A stretch of DNA of 63,767 bases, filler included, from Octopus bimaculoides (Eukaryota), in NCBI RefSeq assembly GCF_001194135.2. It is 8 parts of 8 records of this genome, joined end to end, with 100 filler letters (N's around TTAATTAATTAA, not from the genome) between each part and the next. Parts side by side here need not be neighbours in the genome. Positions count along the whole stretch, not along the records: positions 1 to 18,239 come from NC_068981.1; 7 more parts are not named here. One strand, given 5' to 3'. The translations under genes and the position numbers were made by a program. Below, in pieces: positions 1 to 13,344 of this stretch. Under the pieces are notes generated by a model, which saw nothing but the letters and a program-made list of their open reading frames with translations, did not search any database and was not told the origin of the DNA. The stretch's first letter is position 1, and every line of letters starts with the position of its first letter.

Positions 1-132
<132 letters not shown>

Positions 133-589
133 GCCTTGCTTTAATGACTGGAAGAAAATGGCACTCAGAAACATTTCAATAATTTCACTATAGACGCAGG
201 TATGACTGTGTGGATGCGTGTTCGAATCCCACCAAACGCTCATTCTTAATAACAAACATACGAATGGATTTTCAACTCTGTGGCAATTGTTTTGCTGAAA
301 ATCTTTATGAATCTGATAGATATACAGGGCCGGATTTATAGGGTGGTGAAGGGGGCAATTGCCTCGGGCTTTCTCTAGATATTGGAGAAGGATCCCGGCT
401 AGCACTCAATACAGGGAGGCCCACCTCACATCAATCAGGCATGAAGAGGCTCTCTTTCAATATGGAAAGGTATCTTGATTTCTTTAAAAATGTAAAGGAT
501 TCTGTTTTATGATAAATAATCATAGATATTGCTACCTTAGAGACACCAATTAATTCAATTTAAAAGAAAAAACTCTCACCAGAAAAAAG

Positions 590-985
590 AGTCGGTGGGA
601 ACATAATCCTGCCAAAGTAGCGGAAAATAAAAGCATCGCTGCGCTTTGGGGCTTTGATAGTCAAGTTGCTGCAGTTACTCAGACTAACAGACCAGATATT
701 GTGGTGAAAGATCATCTTCACGAAACAAATTGCTTGTGAATATGTTGATCTCAGCAGACAACAACACCTCGATGAAAACAGTTGATAAGTTATATAAATG
801 CAAGGACTTTACAATAGAGGTCTCCAAATGTGACGCCAAAGAGCAACAACTGTATTTGTGATCTCTGGAGCTTTAATATCAAATGGTGTTCTTAAATACT
901 GCGATCAAATACCAGGAAACCCCATAGCATGAAAATTGCAAAAAAAAAAATTGTTCTCATGGGTGCAGCCCACATTCTAAGAATT
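590..985 (+). mobile_element. Degraded 3' end of an R4/Dong-type non-LTR retrotransposon (restriction-like endonuclease domain)
   Basis: Manual translation across frameshifts gives HNPAKVAENKSIAALWGF...TNRPDIVVKDH...ISADNNTSMKTVDKLYKCKDFTIEVSK...VISGAL...QIPGNP...IVLMGAAHILR, matching the RPD-type RLE C-terminus of R4-clade elements. Confidence 0.75.
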
Positions 986-1210
986 TGAGTGTTTTCAAAT
1001 CTTTCAAAATTCCAAATAATACAACCTTNNNNNNNNNNNNNNNNNNNNNNNNNNNNNNNNNNNNNNNNNNNNNNNNNNNNNNNNNNNNNNNNNNNNNNNG
1101 TTACTCATAAACAAAACCCACAGAAAAAAAGTCCAACTTGCTTTTTCTTTAAGTCACTGAGTTAGACTTGGGACAACTCTTATAAAACAAAACAACACTA
1201 ACAACGGGAA

Positions 1211-1297
<87 letters not shown>
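1211..1297. repeat. (AAT)n microsatellite
   Basis: Pure AAT array; explains the poly-Ile ORF. Confidence 0.97.
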
Positions 1298-1298
<1 letters not shown>

Positions 1299-1928
1299 GC
1301 AATAACAACAAGAATAATAATAATAGTGAGAAGGATAACGGTAGTAATAATTAAGCGATGGCGCATTGTAAACAAGACAATGAGGTTTTCTTTTAGCGCC
1401 AGAACGTGTGAATAAATCAAGTGAGATATTATTTCTATGATAGACTGTGTCATAAATCTTTCTTCACTGAACTAACATTACAATAACAACAATAACAACC
1501 ACAATGACACCGACAATAACAACGACATAGTCGATGCAACAACTTTTGACAACAGTTACTGCTTCAAGAACCAAAGCAACGATAGCGATAACTTTAACGA
1601 CGGCGGAAGACAGCTACAACAACGACAACAACAACAACTAAAATGAGGAAACCGTGACTGATGTTCATGATGATGATGATGATGATGACGATGATGATAA
1701 GGAAGCTCGTGATGATTATGAAGACAACGAAGAGAACGATGGTTGTGTCGGTGGTGGTGGGGGGGGGAGGATGACGACGACGGCGACGATGACAATGACC
1801 GTGGTGAGAGTAAGGACGAGGCAGCTGCTGTTGATGACGGTGGCGATGACAACGACGGTGACGACGACATTGGTTACCATGGTGGCAATGATGAAAATGG
1901 CGATGATTATTATTATTATTTTATTTGA

Positions 1929-2117
1929 GGCGGCGAGCTGGCGAAATGCTTAGCGATATTTCATCTGCCGCTACGAGCTGAGTTCAAATTCCGCCGAGAT
2001 TGACTTTGCCTTTCATTCTTCCGGGGTCGATAAATTAGATACCAGTCATGTACTAGGGCCGATGTAATTCACTCATCCCCTCCCCAAAATGGCTGCCTTT
2101 GGGCAAATTTTGAAGCT
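1929..2117 (+). mobile_element. tRNA-headed SINE, group A (tail type 2), internally deleted
   Basis: GGCGGCGAGCTGGC head, GAGTTCAAATTCC B-box, GACTTTGCCTTTCAT..GGGGTCGATAAA body; flanked by (ATT)n. Confidence 0.85.
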
Positions 2118-2121
2118 ATTA

Positions 2122-2159
<38 letters not shown>

Positions 2160-2160
2160 G

Positions 2161-2220
2161 AGGCGAGCTAGCAGAATCGTTAGCACGCCGGGCGAAACGC
2201 TTAGTGGTTTTTCGTCTGAC
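2161..2220 (+). mobile_element. SINE group A, 5' fragment
   Basis: GGCGAGCTAGCAGAATCGTTAGCACGCCGGGCGAAA head directly after the (ATT)n tail of the previous copy. Confidence 0.8.
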
Positions 2221-2294
2221 AAGATTGAGGAAAGACACCCTTCTCTTCAGTCAAGCTCTCATCAATTTTTCAAGTTCTACTTAGAAAGGAAAGT

Positions 2295-2610
2295 AACGGT
2301 GGAGGCGTTACGAATGTTCCAGCGGATCCGATCAACAGAACAGCCTGCTCGTGAAATTAACATGCAAGTGGCTGAGTGCTCCACAGACATGCGTACCCTT
2401 AACGTAGTTCTCATAAAGACTGAACGTGACAAAGAAAATGAAAAGGTCGACACTTTCAAATACAGGTGCGACTCACTTTTGCCAGTTGAATGGACTGGAG
2501 TAACGTGAAATAAAATATCTTGCTCAAGGATAAATAGCGATGCTGGGAATCGAACTCATGACCTTACGACCGCGAGCCGAATACTTAAGCCACTAAGCCA
2601 TGAACATTCA
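2295..2610 (-). mobile_element. SINE group B1 (tRNA-like head, CORE-like body)
   Basis: Reverse complement of the B1 copies at 13918 and 45582. Confidence 0.85.
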
Positions 2611-2831
2611 CATTCAGTAAGCATATGCTTGAGAAAAAAAGTGTTAATCGAGTACAGAGCGTAATAAGGGACAGTGTGAGTGACTAGGGAACAAGAAATT
2701 ATGGAATGGACTTCATTACATTACTAATGAGGAATCTGTAATTTGTATTTTGCACTTAATAATTACAAACAAACAAAAATGGGGAATTTGAAAAATTCTG
2801 CATTTACAGACATAAATATTCCTAGGTTCAA

Positions 2832-3246
2832 GAGTGGCTGTGTGATAAAAGGTTTGCGTACAAACCACATAGTTCCGGGTTCAGTCCCACTGAGTGGCAT
2901 CTTGCGCAAGTGTCTTCTACTATAACCTCGGGCCGACTAAAGCCTTGTCAGTGGATTCGGTAGACGGAAACTGAAAGAAGCCCGTCGTATAGTATATATA
3001 TGTGTGTGTGTGTGTGTACTTTTGTGTCTCTTCCCCCCCCCCACACACACACACACATACACTATTGCTTGACAACCAATGTTGATATATTTATGTCCCT
3101 GAAACTTAGCGGTTCGGCAAAAGAGACCGATAGGATAAGTACTAGGCTTACAGAGAATAAGTTCTGAGGTCAATTTGTTCGACTAACGGTGGTGCTCCAG
3201 CATGGCCGCCGTCAAAAGACTGAAACTAGTAAAAGCGTAAAAGAGT
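2832..3246 (+). mobile_element. SINE group C, full length with internal (TG)n/(CA)n
   Basis: GTGGCTGTGTG head, GGTTCAGTCCC B-box-like, GTAGACGGAAACTGAAAGAAGCCCGTCG core, 3' CCAGCATGGCC...GACTGAAAC..TAAAAGAG. Confidence 0.88.
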
Positions 3247-5814
3247 GTGTCTGTTTAAACAGAAAACACATAAATAATGTTCTGTTGTGTCTGGGGAGAG
3301 TCATTCTCTCTTAGAGCCAGTTTAACACACTCAGCGGTAACATTTCGACATTTCTTTTCTATAAAAAATATAAAAAATTTTAAAAATTAAAAATTAAAAA
3401 ATAAAGAAAGAAAGAAAAAATAGAATAAAAAGAAACAAATTTGAAAAAACAAAAAATTTAAAAAATAAGTGGAAATTTGAATATTACTTGCAAATTTTAT
3501 AACACTGAAACCCTTCCAAACGAAACTACAACATGAACGTATATTGGGTGCGGTAAAACCCCTCCGACATTTTACGGGTTGTCAAACGTCTCAACAGTAA
3601 ATGCAAGACGTGGTTTCAAATTATGGCAGAAAGCCAGTCGACTACACCAACCGCAGTCAGTACTTATTTTATTGACTCCGAAAGAACGGAAGGCTAAGTC
3701 TACCTCAGGACGGCATGTTAACAGTTCTGTAAACTTGCCGTCCTAAAATAGCAAATTATAAGATATATGAAGACAGTTAGCACGTGCTGAACTCCACTAG
3801 TTGATATTTATAGGATCAACGAGAGGGAAGGTTTTTCTGTCTCACTCTGTAACAACCGGAGATAACATTGCCCTAGTTTAAATGAAAATTTAATTTCCAA
3901 CGTGGTAACTATTTTACGAAGGGATAGTCTGAAAACTGAAATAATACCAGGGTTCGAAAACAGAAGTTAAAACATGAACAAAACAATGAACAAAAATCTC
4001 GCAACAAAAGTATATACAAGAAAAACCAGGTTAAAAACATTGTGAAAATAAACTTTAAAAAATAGACGTTATACNNNNNNNNNNNNNNNNNNNNNNNNNN
4101 NNNNNNNNNNNNNNNNNNNNNNNNNNNNNNNNNNNNNNNNNNNNNNNNNNNNNNNNNNNNNNNNNNNNNNNNNNNNNNNNNNNNNNNNNNNNNNNTTTAT
4201 AGGATCAACGAGAGGGAAGGTTTTTCTGTCTCACTCTGTAACAACCGGAGATAACATTGCCCTAGTTTAAATGAAAATTTAATTTCCAACGTGGTAACTA
4301 TTTTACGAAGGGATAGTCTGAAAACTGAAATAATACCAGGGTTCGAAAACAGAAGTTAAAACATGAACAAAACAATGAACAAAAATCTCGCAACAAAAGT
4401 ATATACAAGAAAAACCAGGTTAAAAACATTGTGAAAATAAACTTTAAAAAATAGACGTTATACAAGCAAAACAAACTAGTATAATTAATGAGACTGAACC
4501 GAATGAATCCTTAGCGAGCCCGAAGGATGTAGACCAACGAAAGTGAAACAAGAACTGAACAGACAAAAATCTGAGTAAAATAAAAACAGTAAGTTTTCAA
4601 GATTGAAACTAGGAATATAGAACGAATCTAAAGTTGGAAATAATTAAATAAATCTAATCAGTCGAGGATCTTTCTATGAACCAGTGAAGGACCTGCTCAG
4701 TGATCACATTTGACAAGGGCTTTTAGTAAATTCACTCCTGATTTTGTAGATTTGGTGAAATCAGATACAAAAGTAAATAACTTCAGGATAAGACAAATAT
4801 TATTTGCTAAAACCGCAGTGGTTACCAAAGATAGTGGCTTCTGTCACAGAACTGTCTCAAGAGTTGCACATGTAAGGAAATATCAAATTTTAAACGAATA
4901 ACATTGGATTTAAAGCTGGAGAGAAAACATTTAAAATCGAAAATAATAATAAAAAAACAGAAAGATATTTCAATCTTTAAGGAAATCAATAACGAAAGGG
5001 GAGACTTAAAAACAGGGGAAATAAATAGGATCGAAATATAATATAAGCATCGTTGCTACGACAGGAAGTGTTCAGCTGAACTTCCTCTCTTCGTTCCTTG
5101 TGGCTTTGTGCCATTTTGCCTGACTTGAAACTCAGTGTCTTCATTCAAATGCTGTTGTTCTTCCACGAATATGGAAGTCTTTCCACAGTCATAGTTTTTC
5201 CCCACCTCGATCTCTTCCATCTCATTGTTTTCCCCCCCTTTATATGGCCAGCACTCTTTCCAATCTAAAGTAAATTCATTCCTTCCATTTTAATTTCTCC
5301 TTCTTCGTAATTTTCTCTACTCTTTGATTGGGACTTTCAATTAGAAAAACAAAAAGACTTAACCAACACCTAATGACGCTTCAAATAATTGATCCTTACC
5401 AAGTGACAATGAATTTGTCGTTATGAAAAGTAACAACGATTCGATGACCCCAAATAAATCGGAGAAAACAATTTTGTCAAAAGTTGGTGAAAACAGAATA
5501 AAAATCAGAGACAAATCAGCAGCAGGAGAAGCAAAACAATTTTATGGCGGGAAATGGATAAAGAGGATGTTCGAACTTACAATATCATTGGGTGATGGAC
5601 AAGGATCTAACTGATTAATAAGAAAGAAGATCGAGTAAGAGACTGACGTGGGTTGATTACTGGAAGGTTCTTATTCGGGGATTTTGAGCAGCAATATCAG
5701 GTAGGCTAACCAGACGTGATGCGGAAAATGTCGAACAATTCTACAGATACGATGATGAAAGGAAATCAGAAGAATCAATATCCACCTTTAGCAAATGGAG
5801 AATATTGCTAGAAA

Positions 5815-6175
5815 TTTTTTTTTTTATTTCCCACAAAGGAAGAACACAGAGGGGACAACACAATCTGATATGGGGTCAGATACAACAAATGATTAAACAT
5901 AATTATGAGATTAAACATTTTTACAAATATATTAAAAAGTTCGAATGATGAGATATACAAGAGACATTACAAATGGTGTGGGGAGACGGGTTCAATTCGG
6001 ACCCCACGAGCCCCGCCTCACCACTGATTCTTTGAGTTCGTTCTGCGTTGCACTCATGCGGTCCCATCCATACGCAACATTCGTGCGACATTCTTCCATC
6101 GATTTTGAAACATTTTTGCAGACAGGCATTTTCTCTCTAGCCCTATTTTCCTTTTCAGGTGGAAGGTGAAGAAAT
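5815..6175 (-). mobile_element. 3' terminus of an L1/Tx1-like LINE with poly(A) tail
   Basis: Minus strand reads FTFHLKRKIGLERKCLSAKMFQNRWKNVARMLRMDGTA* (L1/Tx1 ORF2-like end), then a 3' UTR ending TTTGTGGGAAATAAAAAAAAAAA. Confidence 0.6.
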
Positions 6176-6621
6176 TAGAATATTGTTAGAAATACTTCCC
6201 CTCTCTGTTCATTTTATGTTTGTGATTATCATTTTTCGCCAATACGTGAAACTATAATGGACCAACAGAAAAATAGTATTGATAAACAATCAATAATATT
6301 TTGCATATGGACCATGGAGATAGGAATACATTAAAGAAAAAGTGCCATTTTTACTTCTGGGGAGGGACAGTCCATATTCGCCTGGCCTTTGTCTTTGACT
6401 TATCCAGCATAAAAGATTCTATCAGGAGCTGGCAAAGCTCTCAGAGACATTGAAGCATACAAGTCACCACATCACAGTAAGGACTAGACTTTATATGGTT
6501 TTCCTCCACATGGCATTGTACATTGTTTTAACAGCAGCATCATATGGAAATGGGAAGTGATAGTCGAACGATAGTTTTGAATAGCTGATGTCTTCATGTG
6601 TAATAACATACATAGAGTTCA

Positions 6622-6836
6622 GGCGGCGAGCTGGCAGAAACGTTAGCACGCCGGGTGAAACGCGCTTAGCAGTATTTCGTGTCTTTACGTTCTGAGTTCA
6701 AATTCCGCCAAGGTCGACTTGGCCTTTCATCTTTGTGGTGTCGACAAATTAAGTACCAGTTACGCACTGGGGTCGACCTAATCGACTGGCTTTCTCTCCA
6801 AAATTTCGGACCTTGTGCCTAGAGCAGAAAAAAATA
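6622..6836 (+). mobile_element. SINE group A (tail type 1) with target-site duplication
   Basis: Full head, body and tail; flanking AATAACAT(A/G)CATAGAG direct repeat. Confidence 0.9.
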
Positions 6837-7908
6837 ACATGCATAGAGGTGTGACATTTTTGGTCGCATTTTATGTATTCCAGGACTTTGCTGCTTGTTT
6901 TGTTCATCGAGAATTCTTTAACTATCATCTGTTCGCATATAGCAAAAAAGTATGAACTTCAGGAGAACCACTCTACCTAAAGAGCAAATCCGTTTCCCGC
7001 AATACAAGCAAATTCCTCTCAGTGAACATATAGAAAAATATGCAGGTAACATCAAACTAAATTTCACAGTCTTCCCCTTCTACCAGTGCAAAAACACAAT
7101 CTCTCCACAAGAATGTTTAAATAAAGAAACTTTTTTCATTGAAAAATACAGAACACGTCTTAATATGCACGCATAACCAACTTTTAACTTTTTACATATT
7201 TCAATTCACGATTACATCACTGTACATAAATCCCCTCACTAAACAAGTGTCCCGAAATCCTTTTTTTTTTTTGTGTACATATATATTCCCTTCCCCTTAC
7301 CGAAAGCTGAACAGTTATCTCCCTTGCCCAGAACAACAACAATAATAACGATAACCAATTACTTCCCCTTATTTTTCTACTTGTGAAGTTATTCACTCGT
7401 AAATATTATCACACACAACATGNNNNNNNNNNNNNNNNNNNNNNNNNNNNNNNNNNNNNNNNNNNNNNNNNNNNNNNNNNNNNNNNNNNNNNNNNNNNNN
7501 NNNNNNNNNNNNNNNNNNNNNNNNNNNNNNNNNNNNNNNNNNNNNNNNNNNNNNNNNNNNNNNNNNNNNNNNNNNNNNNNNNNNNNNNNNNNNNNNNNNN
7601 NNNNNNNNNNNNNNNNNNNNNNNNNNNNNNNNNNNNNNNNNNNNNNNNNNNNNNNNNNNNNNNNNNNNNNNNNNNNNNNNNNNNNNNNNNNNNNNNNNNN
7701 NNNNNNNNNNNNNNNNNNNNNNNNNNNNNNNNNNNNNNNNNNNNNNNNNNNNNNNNNNNNNNNNNNNNNNNNNNNNNNNNNNNNNNNNNNNNNNNNNNNN
7801 NNNNNNNNNNNNNNNNNNNNNNNNNNNNNNNNNNNNNNNNNNNNNNNNNNNNNNNNNNNNNNNNNNNNNNNNNNNNNNNNNNNNNNNNNNNNNNNNNNNN
7901 NNNNNNNN

Positions 7909-7973
<65 letters not shown>

Positions 7974-8199
7974 GTATTTGTATATAGCATTGAAAGATTC
8001 ACTTTAATCAGAGTAAATATCGAAAAGTGAACAACTTTAGAATTTCTCAGACGATAAGATAATTCATTATAATCATCATTAAAATTTAAAATGACTTAAT
8101 CCCTTCCTCTAATCTCAGCTTTTCATCAAGAAATCTGTTAAATGCCACTAATGTACTTAAATTATACATCTAACATCATAAATCCTCTTCTCTCTTTCT

Positions 8200-8505
8200 T
8201 CGTCTTAATTTTGTTGCTGTTGTTGTTAGTGAGGTGGTTAAATGATGTGCGTTTGCGGTCAGTACTAGTGTTGTTGTTCTTGTCGTTGTTGTCGTTGCTT
8301 TTGTTGTATATGTTGTTGCTGCTGCTGCGTCTGCCGCTGCTGCTGCTGATGTTGTTGTTGTTGTTTTTGCTGTTGTGGTTGTTTTTCTCGTTGTCCTTGT
8401 TGCTAATGTTTGTGACAAGTAGCCTTTCGTTCTTGCTCATTTTGTGTTATTTCTACCACTACTACTACTTCCACTACTACTACTAATAATAATAATAATA
8501 ATATT
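8200..8505. repeat. Compound trinucleotide microsatellite (GTT/GCT/ACT/AAT)
   Basis: Visible successive triplet arrays. Confidence 0.9.
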
Positions 8506-8622
8506 ATCAGTCCCATTATTATAAGCGTATAAACCCCTTTAAGAAGTATCATATAATTGGAGAGAGTATCATATATTCGTGTGTACGAGTGTATGTGTAT
8601 GTGTGCGTGTATGTACACACAT

Positions 8623-8706
<84 letters not shown>

Positions 8707-9166
8707 GCACACACATATACAGAGACTGTGAGGAGAGGAGGGATAGGAGGGATAGTGAGGGAAGGAGGGATAGAGAGGTAATGTGTATACATACTTACAT
8801 ACACACACACACAACACACACACGTACACACACACACACACATGCATATATATACACACACTGTTTGGATGAGACAAGCTGACACGGTGACACAGACAGA
8901 CAGATAACACGAGAAACACATTAAAGAAAAGAAATATGACATTTCGATACTGTTGGTACCTTAATGGTACTGAATCCATAACTTCAGACAGTACCCCAAC
9001 TCTGAAATGTACCCACTTCTATAGCTGCAATACCCATGGCATCACAACGTTATATAGTACTGCAGTTCTATTAATAACATGGCCATATTTAATAAAGATA
9101 ATAGACACTCTACAAGTATAGCTACAGCTACGTCACCACCGACGCCACACCTATTTATATAGTCCG

Positions 9167-9378
9167 TTCTACTCTAGGCACAAGGCCTGAAATTTGAGGG
9201 ACAGGGGACTAGTACATTACATCGACCCCTGTGCGTAACTGGTACTTAATTTATCGACCCCGAAAGGATGAAAGGCAAAATCGACCTGGGCGGAATTTGA
9301 ACTCAGAAAGTAGCGACGGGCGTAATACTGCTAAGCATCTCGTCCAGCTTGCTAACGGTTCTGCCAGCTCGCCGCCTT
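9167..9378 (-). mobile_element. SINE group A (tail type 1)
   Basis: Ends TTCTGCCAGCTCGCCGCC (reverse complement of head); body CGACCCCGAAAGGATGAAAGGCAAA. Confidence 0.9.
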
Positions 9379-9401
9379 AATTTCCCACTTATATAGTCGT
9401 C

Positions 9402-9761
9402 GCACTCCGTCGGTTATGACGACGAGGGGTTCTGGTTGAACCGATCAACGGTACAGCCTGTTCGTGAAATTATCGTGCAAGTGGCTGAGCACTCCACAGT
9501 TACGTGTATCCTTAACGTAGTTCTCGGGGAGATTCAGCGTGACACAGAGTGCGACATGGCTGGCCCCTTTGAAATACAGGTACAACAGAAACAGGAAGAA
9601 AGTGAGTGAGAGAAAGTTGTGGTGAAAGACTACACTAGGGTTCACCACCACCCCCTGCCGGAGCCTCGTGGAGCTTCGGGTGTTTTCGCTCAATCAACAC
9701 TCACAACGCCCAGTCTGGGAATCGAAACCGCGAGTCCGCTACCCTAACCATTGCGCCTCCA
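9402..9761 (-). mobile_element. SINE group B2 (long body, B-type tail)
   Basis: GCACTCCGTCGG tail end; AAGAAAGTGAGTGAGAGAAAGTTGTGGTGAAAGA body; CCCTAACCATTGCGCCTCCAC head end. Confidence 0.88.
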
Positions 9762-9889
9762 CTATTTATATTGTACTACAGCACTAACGTTAGAACCTAT
9801 ACAATTAAGAGTCATTAATAGAAAGTTGAAGTTTGTTAGAATTAGTAGTCAAATGACCCTCAAATCACAATATACTCACTTGGAAAAAT

Positions 9890-10088
9890 GGCGGCGAGCT
9901 GGTAGAATCGTTAGCACGCCGGGCGAAATACCTAGCGGTACGTTCTGAGTTCAAATTCTACCGAGGTCGATTTTGCCTTTCATCCTTCCAAGGTCGATAA
10001 ACTAAGTACCAGTTGCGTACTGGAGTCGATCTAATCGACTGCCACCCTCCGCCCAAATTTCAGGCCTTGTGCCTTGAATAGAAAATAA
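9890..10088 (+). mobile_element. SINE group A (tail type 1) with 14-bp TSD
   Basis: TACTCACTTGGAAA at 9873-9886 and 10091-10104. Confidence 0.92.
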
Positions 10089-10586
10089 TTTACTCACTTG
10101 GAAAGTAAATGGATCTAAATGATAGTGTATACCTCGATAGACGTAAACGAAGAAATATGCACTAAAAACACTACCTCACTCACCACACCACCTTGAATAC
10201 TACTTATACCACTTCAAAAGGCAATATACTGTTACAAACACCACCACCACCACTACAAGGAACGGCACTAAACTGTAAACACTATTCTCCACCACTACAA
10301 AGACCATCACAAGACTATCGCACTTCTACGTTGCCAGCACACCGATAGAAACCTACCACAACACCGTTTGAAACAATTCCACCCAGCTTGCAACCCTACC
10401 ACACTATTTTAAATAGAACCACTCTATACACTGCCTCAGCACTGCAAACAGCTCTACAGTGTTCTTAAGACCACCATATTTCTAGAAATGGCGCCACGCC
10501 ACGGCAAACACAGCTCCACTCTTGTTTAAATCTTACCACATCATTTAAACACTATTATGTTACTACGTACACACCATCGCTTAGTG

Positions 10587-10756
10587 CAGTGGTTCCCAAC
10601 TTGGGGTCAGCGGATGCTTGGTGGTCGGCAAAGATAGTCTTGGGCGTCAGTGAACTAAATTCAAAATTTCATATATAAATATATATATATATGTGTATAT
10701 AAGGATAGGGATATTAAAAGTGGTCCCTGTGAAAATAAAAGGGTTGGGAACCACTG
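10587..10756. mobile_element. hAT (Charlie-like) MITE, 170 bp
   Basis: Perfect 14-bp TIR CAGTGGTTCCCAAC / GTTGGGAACCACTG; 8-bp TSD not recognisable. Confidence 0.75.
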
Positions 10757-10771
10757 TAAAATGGTTGGAAA

Positions 10772-11089
10772 CCACTTGTTTAGTGGTTAGCGCATTCGAC
10801 TCACGATCGTAAGATCGTGGGTTCAATTCCCGGCGACGCGTTGTGTCCTTGAGCAAGACACTTTATTTCACGTTGCTCCAGTCCACTCAGCTGGCAAAAA
10901 TGAATTGTGCCTGTAATTCAAAGGGGGCTAGCCTTGTCAGACTGTGTGTCATGCTGAATCTCCTTGAGACCTACGTTAAGGGGACGCGTGTCTGTGGAGT
11001 GCTCAGCCATTTGCACGTTAATTTCACGAGCAGGCTGTTCCGTTGATCGAATCAGCTGGAACCCTCGTCATCGTAGCCGACGGAGTACC
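10772..11089 (+). mobile_element. SINE group B1
   Basis: GGTTCAATTCCC B-box, GTGTCCTTGAGCAAGACAC CORE-like motif, B tail. Confidence 0.9.
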
Positions 11090-12611
11090 ATTTTATAACA
11101 CCAACCTGCTGCTACATTTAACTACAACCACTACAACACCGCAACAAATAGAATCATCTCTAGAAATACGAACCCACAACTAGAAGCACCACCACACGGC
11201 ACTATAGCTGTTACCTCTACACTTCTATAAACATCAACACACCACTGGGAGGACTAGTACGTTATAATTACCACCACAGCACTATTACATTACCACTCCA
11301 CTTTAAACACCACTAAAAATACCACCGCACCTTTAAAAACTGCTCCACTCCACTGCAACAACATCAGCCTATCTTAAACACCGCCACACTATTACAAACT
11401 CCCCACACGACACCAAACACGAGCATATCTCTACATCACCACCGCCACCACTTTATAAATATCACCACACCTTTACAAACTCCCCCTCACCCCTACATAC
11501 GCCACCGCTACATCTACATCTTCCCCCACTACACACACTGCCCCACACCACTGCAAACACCAGTACGCCATGGCTACCCCCACCACTTCGAACGCCACCA
11601 CCACCACCACACCTTNNNNNNNNNNNNNNNNNNNNNNNNNNNNNNNNNNNNNNNNNNNNNNNNNNNNNNNNNNNNNNNNNNNNNNNNNNNNNNNNNNNNN
11701 NNNNNNNNNNNNNNNNNNNNNNNNNNNNNNNNNNNNNNNNNNNNNNNNNNNNNNNNNNNNNNNNNNNNNNNNNNNNNNNNNNNNNNNNNNNNNNNNNNNN
11801 NNNNNNNNNNNNNNNNNNNNNNNNNNNNNNNNNNNNNNNNNNNNNNNNCCTTAGAAATCCGTTCTAGAAACTTCTCCAGTCTTAATTTCTCTTTCTAATT
11901 AGCGTACTAATGAAGGTGTAGCCTTATACAAGAAATTTGTTTTCTGTTTTTTGTTTTTCATTCTTTTTTGTTTACTTTTCAGGTGTTAAATGAAACCCCA
12001 AATAAAGGTGAACGCTCTCCTCTTATCATGTTTTATCCGCAGAAAGAACTTCGTCTATATATCGCGAGATAATTGATAAATCTTAAAAGACACAAGATTA
12101 ACTGCAAAATAAAAATGTAACGAAACAAACTTGGTCATAAGTTAAAACTGAAAACATTTTGGCATCTTGCTTCTGTAATTTTGACCATTTAAAAATGGCG
12201 ATTTCAAGTTTGCTAATTAAATTATTTTTTTCAATAGGTAATTATATCAAAATCTTTCTTTTTACAGCTGTGACCCGATCATTAATTCTTCATCTTCTTT
12301 CTATCGTCTTCATCATTTTAATTATATTATTAGAGTTAATCTTATTAAGGAAGGTAAAAGTTTTGATAAGCTTGGTAAGAAAACAAACGGAGACAAAAAG
12401 TAAATATTTAATGTTGGAATGTAGAAAGAAAGTAATTGGAACATGGCGATGGAATGGATGGAGGTGGGGGGGACATTGATATTTCACTCCGTTCCAGACC
12501 ATTGTGATTGACGAGCTAAAGCAATCCTACAACTTGGAGATAACGAGTTCGTGCCCTCTCCACAGCAGAATGAGCTTATTATTAAAAAAAGAAAAAAACA
12601 TTGTGAAGTTT

Positions 12612-12685
12612 TCTATAGTGCCGACCAATGCCTTGTGAATGGATTTGGTAGACGGAAACTTTGAGGAAGCCTGTCGTATAAATGT

Positions 12686-12781
<96 letters not shown>

Positions 12782-13280
12782 GTGTGTAAATGTGTTTGTG
12801 CTTGTGTGAAGGCGCGAGTCTCACAATCGTGAGGTGGTGAGTTCGATCCCCGACCTCGTGTTGTGTCCTTGAACAAGACACTTTATTTCTCATTGCTCCG
12901 TCGACTCAGCTCGCAAAACATGAGTAGGGCCTGTATTTCCAAGGGGCCAGCCTTGTGACACTTCAGATGTCTGTGGAGTGCTCAGCCACTTGCACGTCGA
13001 TTTCCGGAGCTGGCTGTTCCATTGACTGGATCATTTGGAACCCTCGTCGTCGTAACCGACGGAATGTGCTAACTTTTGCGTTTGTCCTCAATCACCGCTT
13101 GATAACCGGTGTTGGTTGGTTTGTTTACGTCTGCGGAACTTAAAGATTCGGCAAAAGACATCTGATTCAATAAGTAACAGTTTTAAAATGAGTGCTGGGG
13201 TTGATTTGTTTGACTATACTTTTCAGGGTGGCGCCCCAGCATGGCCGTTATCCAATGACTGAAACAGGTAAATCAAAGGA
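12612..13280 (+). mobile_element. SINE group C (5' truncated), split by a nested B1 copy
   Basis: C core at 12612-12680, (TG)n, resumes after 13066 with the C 3' half ending GACTGAAACAGGTAAA. Confidence 0.8.
12808..13066 (+). mobile_element. SINE group B1 nested in the (TG)n of a group C copy
   Basis: GAAGGCGCG head to CGTAACCGACGG tail, with internal deletions. Confidence 0.85.
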
Positions 13281-13344
13281 ACAACAAAAGATAAAGTTGA
13301 ATAAGGAACAAAAGGGTTCAAGATTCTTTGTAGAACCCCTCGGT

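Larger units (their letters stand above)
10190..11615. repeat. C/A-rich degenerate low-complexity tract (CAC/ACT-like), interrupted by a MITE and a SINE
   Basis: Strong G depletion on the + strand, recurrent ACCAC/ACTAC words, no long ORF. Confidence 0.6.

Noticed and set aside
3807-4463. Apparently identical 268-bp direct repeat (3807-4074 and 4196-4463)
   Set aside because: The copies directly flank an N gap, which is typical of an unmerged contig overlap.
5066-5090. Short palindrome AGGAAGTGTTCAGCTGAACTTCCT
   Set aside because: A 12-bp core with bulged extension is within chance for 64 kb.
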